In this document: positions 40,334 to 49,640 of the stretch, piece by piece | How positions within the stretch are numbered: the stretch's first letter is position 1 | Layout of the letters: every line of letters starts with the position of its first letter | DNA from: an uncultured archaeon | GTDB taxonomy: Archaea > Asgardarchaeota > Lokiarchaeia > Sigyniarchaeales > SOKP01 | NCBI GenBank assembly: GCA_964632315.1 | Contig: CAZWEM010000013.1 | Span: 1-64,000, forward strand | DNA: 64,000 nt | Direction: 5' to 3' | Program-made: the position numbers and the translations under genes | The notes under the pieces: generated by a model | Seen by the model: only the letters and a program-made list of their open reading frames with translations | Told to the model about the DNA's origin: nothing | Database searches by the model: none

Positions 40334-40981
40334 CTATTTATTCAAAAAACTTTTAAATAATGCAGCTGCACTTACAGCATTATCTGCATATCCATCAGCT
40401 CCACATTCTTCCACCCAACTTCTTGATACAGGGGCTCCTCCTAATATCACCTTAAATTTATCACGAATATTTTTCTCAAGTAAGATATCGACCACTCTTT
40501 TTTGTCCCGTCATGGTTGTGGTGAGTAATGCGGAAACACCTATGAATTGCGCTCCGCTTTTAAGAGCCTCATCAACAATTCTTTCTGCCGGTACATCTGC
40601 TCCAAGATCATGCACGTCAAATCCATTTGCTGATAACATTGTTGCTACAATTGTCTTTCCAATAGAATGGATATCGCCTTCAATAGTGGCGATTACAACA
40701 GTACCAAGTGAAATTTTTTGTGATTGTTCTTTTAGGTGGGGTATTAAAATTTTCATCGCATCTTGCATGATGTTACCCCCTAGCATTAATTCTGGGAGGA
40801 AAATTTCACCTTCATCCCATAAATCTCCAATTTTACGGATACCCTCTCCAAATCCTTTTTCCACAACTTCAAGTAAGTCCATTTGCTCATTAACCGCACG
40901 ATTAGCTAAATCTAATGCTTTATCTTTATCAAGGCTTACTATAGCATCTGAAATTTCATTAAGCATTTTCTCTGTCGACAT
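40334..40981 (-). CDS. Methyltransferase cognate corrinoid (B12-binding) protein
   Basis: Cap domain IFLPEL plus DIHSIGK, DLG.DV, SALLT, GGAP motifs. Confidence 0.92.
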   Translation of the reverse strand: MSTEKMLNEISDAIVSLDKDKALDLANRAVNEQMDLLEVVEKGFGEGIRKIGDLWDEGEIFLPELMLGGNIMQDAMKILIPHLKEQSQKISLGTVVIATIEGDIHSIGKTIVATMLSANGFDVHDLGADVPAERIVDEALKSGAQFIGVSALLTTTMTGQKRVVDILLEKNIRDKFKVILGGAPVSRSWVEECGADGYADNAVSAAALFKSFLNK

Positions 40982-41087
40982 GAAATCATTTTTCCAAAAC
41001 TGATAAGTATATAATTTTATTTATTTTGTATGTAATTAACATTTCGAAAATAACTAGTAAGCATTTATATTATTACGTGAAAAACTC

Positions 41088-41285
41088 TTGCCTAAAGTTT
41101 GTAAATGGTATTCTTATTGTCCGATAAAATATTATGTGGAACAAGGAAAACTCGAAAGAAAATGGATTGAGAACTATTGTTTAGTTGGAAATAAGGAGTG
41201 TGTTAGATATAAAATGGAAGAAAATGGGGATTATCATCCAGATAATTTACTTCCAAATGGAAAACTCAGAAAAAATTTAAATTAG
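41088..41285 (+). CDS. Small Cys-rich conserved hypothetical protein
   Basis: CKWY..CP...NYC....CVRY...HPDNLLPNG; four conserved-looking Cys. Confidence 0.6.
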   Translation: MPKVCKWYSYCPIKYYVEQGKLERKWIENYCLVGNKECVRYKMEENGDYHPDNLLPNGKLRKNLN

Positions 41286-41544
41286 ACAAGCTAAGTCGAA
41301 TTATTAATATATCAATCTTTGGCTGATTTTCTTATTTAACAAAATTCATGCAGAATCACTTATGATAAATATAGATACATTTTTCAGTTTTAGGGATTAA
41401 TAAACTTCTTCCTAAATATTTAAATCTCTATCTTTATATATTCATTTTTTTTTCATAAATTGACAAATAAGAAACATCAATTTCTTAAGATCTAAGTACA
41501 GAATTATAGAATAAAGAAGTCGCATTTCAAAATTAATTTGAAAT

Positions 41545-41742
41545 TTGGGAGAACATATGAATGCTTGGAAATTAAGACTTTTGCTTATCGGTGCTATTAA
41601 TGCAATTATAGGCATAATTTTAGGGATTAATAGAGGGTTTTCAATCTTAATTATTGTCTATATTGCTGTTGCATTAGGAGTGTGTTTGATTGGATTAATT
41701 TGGAAACCAAAAGAGAAGAAAAAAGTCAATAACGTCAATTAA
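41545..41742 (+). CDS. Small 2-TM membrane protein; probable start ATG 41557
   Basis: Two hydrophobic helices then GLIWKPKEK; paralogous to 41822-42022. Confidence 0.55.
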   Translation: MGEHMNAWKLRLLLIGAINAIIGIILGINRGFSILIIVYIAVALGVCLIGLIWKPKEKKKVNNVN

Positions 41743-41821
41743 TATTGATAATTTAGAAAATAAAAAAAAATAAAACATATCAAACCTAAAATGTATAAAA
41801 ATAACAAAAGAGGTACAAAAT

Positions 41822-42022
41822 ATGCCATGGTTCTGGAATTTAAAATATAGGTTCATGATAGCGGGATGTATTGTTGGAATTATAGGCGTAATACTTCTCA
41901 TTATACGCCCTGATTTGTTCATTTCTTATGTACTAATAATTGTGGGAATAATTGCATTAGTGATCGGGTTAATTTGGAAATCTAAACCTAAAGTGAAACC
42001 AGAGAACAATCGTACTAACTGA
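41822..42022 (+). CDS. Small 2-TM membrane protein
   Basis: Two hydrophobic helices then GLIWKSKPK; GAGGT SD-like motif upstream. Confidence 0.6.
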   Translation: MPWFWNLKYRFMIAGCIVGIIGVILLIIRPDLFISYVLIIVGIIALVIGLIWKSKPKVKPENNRTN

Positions 42023-42082
42023 TAAAATTTATAATAACTTAACTTGAAAAAAATACAATAAAAATCGAAAATGAGCTAAATT

Positions 42083-43003
42083 ATGATTAGAATTGAAAAT
42101 TTGACCAAGAAGTATGGAGAACTGATCGCTGTTGATAACATTTCGTTACAAATTGAAGAAGGGGAAGTATTTGGTTTGCTTGGCCCTAATGGAGCCGGTA
42201 AGACAACTACTATTCGGGTGCTTTGTGGTCTCATCTCTAAAACAAGCGGGAATGCAGTATTGAATAACTTATCCATTGATGATAAAAAAAGTAGGATTGA
42301 AATTCGTAAAATGATTGGATTATTACCAGAAAATGTTGGGCTTTATGAAAGCTTGTCTGCTTATAAGAATTTAGATTTCTATGCAAAACTTTACCAAGTT
42401 ACTGAAAGCCATCGGAAAGAACGAATTGAATATTATCTAAAAATGTTTGATCTCTGGGATAAAAAAAATGTGGCTGCGGGAACATTTTCCAAAGGAATGA
42501 AACAAAAGTTGGCATTAGCTCGAGTTTTAGTTCACGATCCAAAAATCCTATTTTTAGATGAGCCAACGGCAAATCTGGATCCAGAAGCTACTAAAATGGT
42601 AAGGGATTATATCCTTGAATTGAAAAAAGAAAAGCGGACCATTTTCTTGAACACGCACATGCTCGATGAGGCGGAACGGATCTGCGACCGAGTTGGAATT
42701 TTAAAAACCCAATTATTGGACATTGGATCCCCCGAAAAATTACGGGAGTCCTTGTTGGGAAAGAAATCTGTTGTTGAGGTGGATGCAGTTACTGATGACA
42801 TCCTCAAAAGTATAAAATCACTTGGATTTGAACAGATTTTGGTAGATAACAATAAAATGACTATCGACGTTAATGACCCTCGCAAGGATAATCCTTCCAT
42901 CATACGGGCAATTCAGGATGCTGGAGGGCTAGTTCAATCTATTTCCGAACTCCTTCCAAGCTTAGAAGATATTTATTTAAAAAAAGTACGGAGGAGAGAG
43001 TAA
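42083..43003 (+). CDS. ABC-2 type exporter ATP-binding protein
   Basis: GPNGAGKTT, FSKGMKQK, LFLDEPT, NTH, C-terminal SLEDIYL. Confidence 0.93.
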   Translation: MIRIENLTKKYGELIAVDNISLQIEEGEVFGLLGPNGAGKTTTIRVLCGLISKTSGNAVLNNLSIDDKKSRIEIRKMIGLLPENVGLYESLSAYKNLDFYAKLYQVTESHRKERIEYYLKMFDLWDKKNVAAGTFSKGMKQKLALARVLVHDPKILFLDEPTANLDPEATKMVRDYILELKKEKRTIFLNTHMLDEAERICDRVGILKTQLLDIGSPEKLRESLLGKKSVVEVDAVTDDILKSIKSLGFEQILVDNNKMTIDVNDPRKDNPSIIRAIQDAGGLVQSISELLPSLEDIYLKKVRRRE

Positions 43004-43004
43004 A

Positions 43005-43739
43005 ATGAATCGTAAAAATGTTTGGACGATAACCGCTAAGGATCTTTGGCTTTTTCGTAAAAAGAAAACGATCCTGTATTCTGCATTGATTTTACCGTTA
43101 GGTCTCTCAATTGGACTACCTATGATAGCCTGGTATGTTGTAAACAACAGAAATGTGCCAATACAAGTCCTGTTTCCAATTTTTGATGCGTTTAGTTTCT
43201 TCTTCCTCGTCCTTGCCGCCATAATTCCAACGGTCATTGGATCTTACAGTTTCGTGGGGGAAAAAACTGAAAAAACTCTTGAACCCTTATTGGCAACTCC
43301 AACGACTGACGATGAAATCTTACTCGGGAAGAGTTTAGCGGCATTCCTGCCTGTAATAGTCATGATATTTATTGGTGCTGTTGTATTTACGGTACTCATG
43401 GATATTTTTACTTTCGCGAAAGTTGGTTATCTATACTTCCCAAATTGGAACTTCATTATTATAGTTCTCTTGAATTCTCCATTAGCAAGCATCATGAGTA
43501 TAGAATTCAGCGTCTTAGTTTCTTCTCGCGTGAATGATATTCGATCCGCCCAACAATTAGCAGCCCTCATTATTATTCCATTCTTCGCACTATATTTACT
43601 TACTGAAATTAGTGTAATTACACTCGATACTAACACATTGCTACTGATTGGGGGAATTATTGCTTTAATCGATATAGGTCTGTTTTTTGCTAACCGAGTT
43701 ATATTTCAACGAGAAGAGATCTTAACGAAGTGGAAATAG
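43005..43739 (+). CDS. ABC-2 type exporter permease
   Basis: SFVGEKTEKTLEPLLATP...ILLGK motif; 6 TM helices; coupled to the ATPase gene. Confidence 0.9.
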   Translation: MNRKNVWTITAKDLWLFRKKKTILYSALILPLGLSIGLPMIAWYVVNNRNVPIQVLFPIFDAFSFFFLVLAAIIPTVIGSYSFVGEKTEKTLEPLLATPTTDDEILLGKSLAAFLPVIVMIFIGAVVFTVLMDIFTFAKVGYLYFPNWNFIIIVLLNSPLASIMSIEFSVLVSSRVNDIRSAQQLAALIIIPFFALYLLTEISVITLDTNTLLLIGGIIALIDIGLFFANRVIFQREEILTKWK

Positions 43740-43946
43740 ATACAAAAATATTTCATTTTTTTCTAAATTTTTAAGAGAAAGTAAGAAAAAAGAAAGATGT
43801 TCTTGATCATAAGTGATTATGTTAAAGATCACGATCAGAGCTTTTTATAAAAAAATCCTATTAATCCTATGTTACAAATTTTTTTAAACCTACAATCTAT
43901 CTTTATTGTAATGAAAGCGTTTAGAATTGAAAAAGAGTGATGATTT

Positions 43947-44435
43947 GTGAGCCGTAGATATTACGCTAAGGGAAAAAAAACGTATGCTAAGGACCAGAAC
44001 TTTGATCAGGATCAAGTTGGCGAAGAAAAGGAGCGTTACTTGATTAATATATCCCTAATGAGCTTGAAGACGTTGAAGGACTATGATTTATTTGGTTGGC
44101 GGGGTGAATTTTATTTTAAATCCGATGGCGAAAAACTCTTTAAAGCCCGCTGGCCAAATAAAGGAACAATCAAATTGCAGAAAAATCAAGAATTTACTTC
44201 TAAAGCAGATATGTCTTTATGGAGTCAATTTAAAACCGTGCGTGCTGATGAAAGCATTGTTGTACCTGTAAAAGTTGAATTAAGGGAAAAAGATCACTTA
44301 AAGAAAGATTCCGTAATTGCTGAACAAACGTTTGAAATACGATTACCTCAGAAAACAGAATACGTAATCCTTCAGGATGATAAAGAAAGAACTAAAGCGA
44401 AACTTCGAATTCAAGCAACCAGAACTAGATATTAA
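43947..44435 (+). CDS. Hypothetical beta-rich protein (possible C2-like domain)
   Basis: Beta-strand pattern with DYDLFG..GEFYF and VELREKD..KDSVI loops reminiscent of C2 domains. Confidence 0.5.
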   Translation: MSRRYYAKGKKTYAKDQNFDQDQVGEEKERYLINISLMSLKTLKDYDLFGWRGEFYFKSDGEKLFKARWPNKGTIKLQKNQEFTSKADMSLWSQFKTVRADESIVVPVKVELREKDHLKKDSVIAEQTFEIRLPQKTEYVILQDDKERTKAKLRIQATRTRY

Positions 44436-44619
44436 AGAACTACTTTTTACCTTTTATTTTATATTTCATTTCTACATTTTATTCACAAGTGAGATTGCTT
44501 AATTCATTATTTGATGAGATTATAAACTTTAAATTCAAATTTTAAAGAATAATGTATTCATATTGGGACCCTTAATCCCGAAAACAAGAGAGAAATGAGA
44601 GTTCTAATAGCTATAGTAA

Positions 44620-44799
44620 CTATTCTTTTGAGTATTCGTTACTTAAATCTTCTGCTAATTTAAAGCCAAACTCAAAAAAATCTTTCATAGATTTATAAAA
44701 TAAGTCACCAACGACTTCTCCTACTCCTTCACTCAGTTCTTCTTTTTTATTCACCAAAAATTCATCAATTTTGGGCAAATCTTTTGTTAAATCTTCCAT
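44620..44799 (-). CDS. Small acidic amphipathic protein, 59 aa (not in ORF track)
   Basis: Manual translation MEDLTKDLPKIDEFLVNKKEELSEGVGEVVGDLFYKSMKDFFEFGFKLAEDLSNEYSKE; AAGGTGA SD upstream; lies 23 nt downstream of the pseudo-acyltransferase gene. Confidence 0.6.
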   Translation of the reverse strand: MEDLTKDLPKIDEFLVNKKEELSEGVGEVVGDLFYKSMKDFFEFGFKLAEDLSNEYSKE

Positions 44800-44822
44800 C
44801 TTTCCATTTTCACCTTCTTTAA

Positions 44823-45518
44823 TTATTCTTCTTTTTTTGGCTTAAGAGAGTTGATAATCTTTATTATATCTTCAGCCAATTCATATCTTTGGTCTCGATA
44901 TTTTTCACGTGTAAGTCTTTTTTCTACCTTCAATGGGGTCCCAACTTTTACTCTCAAACCTGGACTATCAAATGTTCCAAATATTTTGCTTTTTTCAGTA
45001 TAGATAGCTAAGGGGATAATTGGGGCATCTCCAGCAACCGCAAACTTTAAAATCCCTGCCATGGCTTTTATTTGGATATCGGGTTCTAATTTAGATTCAG
45101 GTGTCATTGCTACTAAATCTCCTTCTTCATTAAGGTATTGAAACACCTTATCTATCGGTTCGGTATCGTCTTTATCTATTGTACTACGGAACATCCCTAA
45201 AGATTTCAATACAGGTCCATATATTTGATGTTTCATAAGTTTATGATGAACCATGAAGTGAATTCTCCTTCCTGAGACTTGGCTGATTATCGCCATATCT
45301 CGTAAGGCATTATCGCTAATGGTAGTTAAAATAGCTTTCCCTCTCAATGGGATGTTCTGTTTTCCTTCAATCTTAAGATCAGAAAATATGGTAAGTCCTA
45401 AACCGCTAATACCTTTCACTGCACCATACAAGACATCAAGCATGGTATCTTGATCGATTACTTTTTCCTTGCCTTCCGTTTCCGGAGTTTCTTGATTTCC
45501 AGACGCTGTGCCACTCAT
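44823..45518 (-). CDS. PlsC-like lysophospholipid acyltransferase-fold protein with degenerate catalytic motif
   Basis: IEGKQNIP.RG, RRIHFM, APIIPLAI, VKVGTPL give the PlsC fold; HX4D is replaced by TISDNALRD and FPEGT by TPES. Confidence 0.7.
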   Translation of the reverse strand: MSGTASGNQETPETEGKEKVIDQDTMLDVLYGAVKGISGLGLTIFSDLKIEGKQNIPLRGKAILTTISDNALRDMAIISQVSGRRIHFMVHHKLMKHQIYGPVLKSLGMFRSTIDKDDTEPIDKVFQYLNEEGDLVAMTPESKLEPDIQIKAMAGILKFAVAGDAPIIPLAIYTEKSKIFGTFDSPGLRVKVGTPLKVEKRLTREKYRDQRYELAEDIIKIINSLKPKKEE

Positions 45519-45662
45519 GAGTGATCATCCAAAAATATCGAGTTACTTTCCTAATTTATTTTAATTAAATGCTTATTTTTTTAATTAAATAAAAATCTAA
45601 TCATACAAAAGACACACAGAATAGTGTTATTATGCAAACATAAGAATTTTAATAATAATTAT

Positions 45663-45993
45663 CTATCTATTAACCTCAATTACGTCAACGATCCACTCTG
45701 GATCATTGATTCTCAAAATTAAGTCTTGTTATTTTAAAAAATAGATGGATTTCACAGAAATTTCCCCCTTAAAGTACTTCTTTTCGCCTTCCTTATTAAA
45801 TCCTACGGATACTTTGGTTTAGTTGTATATTTTTTCTTAGCATTAAGAAAAAAACCGTCCAAACTATTAAGAGATAAAAGTATCTAAAGATAAGTAAAAA
45901 AGCAAATGAGATCGTTAAAAACCCTTCTAGTTGAAACTTCATGCATGTTTCACTGGTTTTACTTAATTAACTATTTTCTAAAGAAAAAGGCAT
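45663..45993 (-). pseudogene. Possible decayed gene coupled to the deaminase (immunity-like remnant?)
   Basis: ATG overlaps the deaminase stop (TAATG) but is followed by a stop after 8 codons. Protein-like fragments (VGFNKEGEKKYFKGEISVKSIYFLK*QDLILRINDPEWIVDVIEVNR) lie in another frame. Confidence 0.25.
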
Positions 45994-46538
45994 TACTCTC
46001 GTACTTTTTCTCTAATTGATAATTTTCTAATATTCGGGTATTCTTCTTCAAATTTATGTAAGATCTCTTTACATGATTTGCATATTGATCCTTCTGATAC
46101 TATTAGTACTTCTCCATCTAAGAGTTTTTCCAACTCCCACAAATCTGCCATGGTAACAATCAATTTTCTTACTGCATGATACCATTCTTTATCTCCTGCT
46201 ACATTCTTTACCTTAAACACTTTAGAAACAGGCGATATTGGATCGATGATTATGTCTTTTTTTCCATTTTTTGTTTCTATTATTGCAGTCCCCGGTATGA
46301 ATTGCTTACCTTCGATTGCCATGATATACCCTTTATGGACTACATTTTCAGGAAATGTGTAATTGAATTTAACATAAGCTATATTCCCACTATCTTTATG
46401 CCACCCTTGTACTTTTCTCACATTTTCAATGATGATTTGGTCAGAGAAATTCGAACTTTTTTCAATGTTTAGTTTCTGTTTTATAGCGTCAATGAGCTCT
46501 TGATCGGATAAATTTTCTGATGATACTACCCAAGTCAT
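45993..46538 (-). CDS. Polymorphic-toxin-type nucleic acid deaminase domain protein
   Basis: GNIAYV...HAVRKL...GEVLIVSEGSICKSC..IL.KF...YPNI matches the toxin-deaminase layout (HAE/DSE...PCxxC...F...YPNI). The frame is open about 24 codons further upstream. Confidence 0.65.
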   Translation of the reverse strand: MTWVVSSENLSDQELIDAIKQKLNIEKSSNFSDQIIIENVRKVQGWHKDSGNIAYVKFNYTFPENVVHKGYIMAIEGKQFIPGTAIIETKNGKKDIIIDPISPVSKVFKVKNVAGDKEWYHAVRKLIVTMADLWELEKLLDGEVLIVSEGSICKSCKEILHKFEEEYPNIRKLSIREKVRE

Positions 46539-46742
46539 CCTATTTTGATATTTTTCTAATTCCGCAGTGGATAGAAATTCAATTTTATTCTTCTCATCAT
46601 TCAGAATGGATTAGCACCTAAAATTTCGTTTTATTTTTAATCAATGAATATAATCCTTATAAACGTTTCAGATCTTCATTTCATAATTTTATTTTATCAA
46701 CAAATAACCAAAAAAGTGAATAAAAAAATTATAATTGATATT

Positions 46743-48416
46743 TTATACGTCTTTCACATCATACATGAGTAAACTCTTTAATTGAGCCATCATGTTATCC
46801 GTTAAACGTTTTAATTCGTCATATTCGGGCATTGTTTTTCCCCAATATTGCTTATGTTCCATGAAGGGAGGTCCGGCTTTTAAGATACTTCCCTTATAAA
46901 AATTTAACATTTTAGCATGTTTAGGATAAGTATCTTCTGTACCCGTAATACCAATTAAACAAATCGGGACTTGTTTTTCAATTGCTAATCGTACTGCTCC
47001 TGTATGGCCTTCTAGTATCTGACCCCCTCCAAGATTAGTGGTTCCTTCGGGATATATGCATACCAACTGTCCTTTATCTAAGAGATCTCTTGCAAAGTTA
47101 AAAGAATCGACATCATGCTGACCTCGCTTCAAAGGAAACGCATGATGATTTCTAATCCAGGCATTTACGATTGGAATCTTGAATAAGGATTGCTTGGACA
47201 TTTGATAGATAACCCGGCGTGGTTCATTGTAAATGATGCTCGTAGCTAAAAGAATGACATCCCATTCGGAATTATGGGTTGTGCATAATACGGCTGAACC
47301 TGTTTTTGGAAGGTATTTATCAAAATCAATCGCCTTATAGGGGATCATTACTTGATTCCAGTTATGCACGATTTCACCGGATATAGTGTAAACTACTTTT
47401 TGGAATTGTTCCCTCAAACCAAATTCTTCTAAAGATCGTAAGAATCCATACCAGATGTCGTCGATGGACCATAATGCCCCCATCGTAAAATCTTTAAACC
47501 ACTTTTTAATATTAAATGACTCTTTCTTTTCAGGTTGTTGCGCTGATTCTGCTAATTCTTCTTCGGTCTTTCCATAGGTCCCCTCACGGAGCTCAAATAC
47601 AATAGTGCGAAGCTCTTCGGTAAGTTTTCGTATGTCTTCATAACTTACTTTATTGGTATCATATTTATCATAATAGAGAGGATCACCAACCCTAGCAAAA
47701 ACGTGAGTCGGCTTCATCATGAGGCCTCCTTTTGGTAATGCTTTATCTGAACCTATGATTGCCATTGGTACTATTGGTACTCCCGTCTCAATTGCTAATC
47801 TCACTGCACCAGTTTTGAACTGGCCCAATTCTCCTTCTGTTGAACGAGTACCCTCTGGAAAAATTCCAACCCACTCACCTTGATCTAATATCTCTTTTGC
47901 TTTCTTCCATCCTAACGCGGGATTATCTCGATCTAGTTTGAAAGCACCAAGATTCGTGAATAAACTTCTCACTATTGGGGTTTTAAAATTGTCTAATTTA
48001 CTCATAAAACGGATTTTCCTATGGCAAGCCATACCACAGAAAAATGGGTCAATGTGGCTCTGATGATTGCTGACAACGATACCTGGGCCATAATCAGGAA
48101 ACATATTTCCTTTAGGATAATAATATTTGAAATTCCACAGTACACGCCCAATAAATTTTATATAAAACGTGGCTAGCCACCATTGAAGCCTCTGCTCCGT
48201 GAATTCAACATCTAATCGTCGAATAACTTCACGATATTGGTCATTCAAGAAATCTATAGGATTATTCTTTAGTAATTTATAGAGAAAATTTTCATGACCT
48301 TTTTCATATTGCAGGTCTTCTTTCATTTTTTCCTCGAGGATCTTCTCGTGGTTGACTTCCCCGTAGGATTCATACGCCTCATAATCGCGTTTTTCGAGTT
48401 CTACCATTTTTAGCAC
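46743..48416 (-). CDS. Tandem two-domain PlsC-like (lyso)phospholipid acyltransferase; probable start ATG 48407
   Basis: Domain 1: NHQSHID, RFMSK, FPEGTRS, PIVP. Domain 2: THNSEWD, YQMSK, YPEGTT, PICL. Confidence 0.9.
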   Translation of the reverse strand: MLKMVELEKRDYEAYESYGEVNHEKILEEKMKEDLQYEKGHENFLYKLLKNNPIDFLNDQYREVIRRLDVEFTEQRLQWWLATFYIKFIGRVLWNFKYYYPKGNMFPDYGPGIVVSNHQSHIDPFFCGMACHRKIRFMSKLDNFKTPIVRSLFTNLGAFKLDRDNPALGWKKAKEILDQGEWVGIFPEGTRSTEGELGQFKTGAVRLAIETGVPIVPMAIIGSDKALPKGGLMMKPTHVFARVGDPLYYDKYDTNKVSYEDIRKLTEELRTIVFELREGTYGKTEEELAESAQQPEKKESFNIKKWFKDFTMGALWSIDDIWYGFLRSLEEFGLREQFQKVVYTISGEIVHNWNQVMIPYKAIDFDKYLPKTGSAVLCTTHNSEWDVILLATSIIYNEPRRVIYQMSKQSLFKIPIVNAWIRNHHAFPLKRGQHDVDSFNFARDLLDKGQLVCIYPEGTTNLGGGQILEGHTGAVRLAIEKQVPICLIGITGTEDTYPKHAKMLNFYKGSILKAGPPFMEHKQYWGKTMPEYDELKRLTDNMMAQLKSLLMYDVKDV

Positions 48417-48658
48417 TTTTAAAATATTAAAATAAGGGATAAAAATTAATAATACACGTGAAATAACGTTATTTTTTACTATTAAATTTACTAAAATACC
48501 CTTTTATATAAAAAGCTATTGACTACTGTAATATGCGATCGAGTATGAAACATGAAAAAAGACCTAGATTACTTTTAAAAGAGATTGATCATTTAGGAAT
48601 GAAATTTCTAATTCAATAATTATTAAAGGCTTACTTCAGCTTTTTCACCAAAATGAAT

Positions 48659-49441
48659 TTAGGAATTTACTTTCATGCTCTCTTGAGAATTAGGATCTTC
48701 GACTATTCTTTTTTCAATAATATCGATAAGCTGATTGAGATTATCAATTATCATGTTAGGCTCGAAATTTGAAAGTATTTCCCTACTACTTACACCAGTC
48801 ATAACCGCAATAGTCCAAATTCCTGCTTCATTCCCGGCTTCTATATCGGAGGGCATATCTCCAATCATTATGAATTCATTTGCTTTTTTTGATCTATAGT
48901 TTTCAAAAATTGGATTTAATGATTCAGGATCTGGCTTTAAGGCGGGAAGCAAATCAGTTCCATATATACCTTTAAAAAAACCTTTTATCTTATGTTTTTC
49001 AAGATGTTCCATGATGTTTTTAGTTTGATTGTGAGACACGATAAAAAGATCAAACGACTTTTTCAGTTTTTTTAATATATTAACCGTATCAGGAAAAAGA
49101 GGTGCTTCTTTGGCATAGGTTAGATAACGCGAGAAAATTTTCGTCGCTATTTCCAACTTTTTCATAAAGGAAAGTGATTGAAGAGACGTGATATGTTTGA
49201 ACATCTCATGAGATTGAAGTATGATTTTTGGTAATGGATACCCTTGAATTGTTTCCATGAGTGCGCCAATTTCTTGAATAGTTGAATCAATTTCCGCATT
49301 AATTTTATTATCACTATAAATTTCATCAATGGAATTTCTTAATGGTTCGCTGATATCTAAAAGTGTCCCATCAAAATCGAAAATGATCCCTTTAATATCT
49401 CCATTTTGCAGTCGTTTAATTAACTGTTTATCTGAAACCAT
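48659..49441 (-). CDS. HAD-superfamily phosphatase (Gph-like)
   Basis: IFDFDGTL, VSHN, KPDP, IGDMPSDIEAG. Confidence 0.88.
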   Translation of the reverse strand: MVSDKQLIKRLQNGDIKGIIFDFDGTLLDISEPLRNSIDEIYSDNKINAEIDSTIQEIGALMETIQGYPLPKIILQSHEMFKHITSLQSLSFMKKLEIATKIFSRYLTYAKEAPLFPDTVNILKKLKKSFDLFIVSHNQTKNIMEHLEKHKIKGFFKGIYGTDLLPALKPDPESLNPIFENYRSKKANEFIMIGDMPSDIEAGNEAGIWTIAVMTGVSSREILSNFEPNMIIDNLNQLIDIIEKRIVEDPNSQESMKVNS

Positions 49442-49640
49442 GATTCAGCACTATTGATATGCTTAAGTATCTTTATTTAAAGCTTGCTTCTATAAAAACC
49501 TAATCATACTAAAAAGTGTATTATATTCAGTAAATTTTATTCATTAGTGCAATTTCCAATGATTTGTGCAAGCACGATAATTTAAAATTTCAATGCTCAT
49601 TTTACCCACCATATTTATTTGGAAAGTGGGGAGGTTTGGC

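Noticed and set aside
40512-41003. 163-aa plus-strand ORF, and the other short antisense ORFs in the track (e.g. 22394-22798, 52382-52810)
   Set aside because: Shadow frames fully overlapping well-supported genes on the opposite strand, with no motifs.
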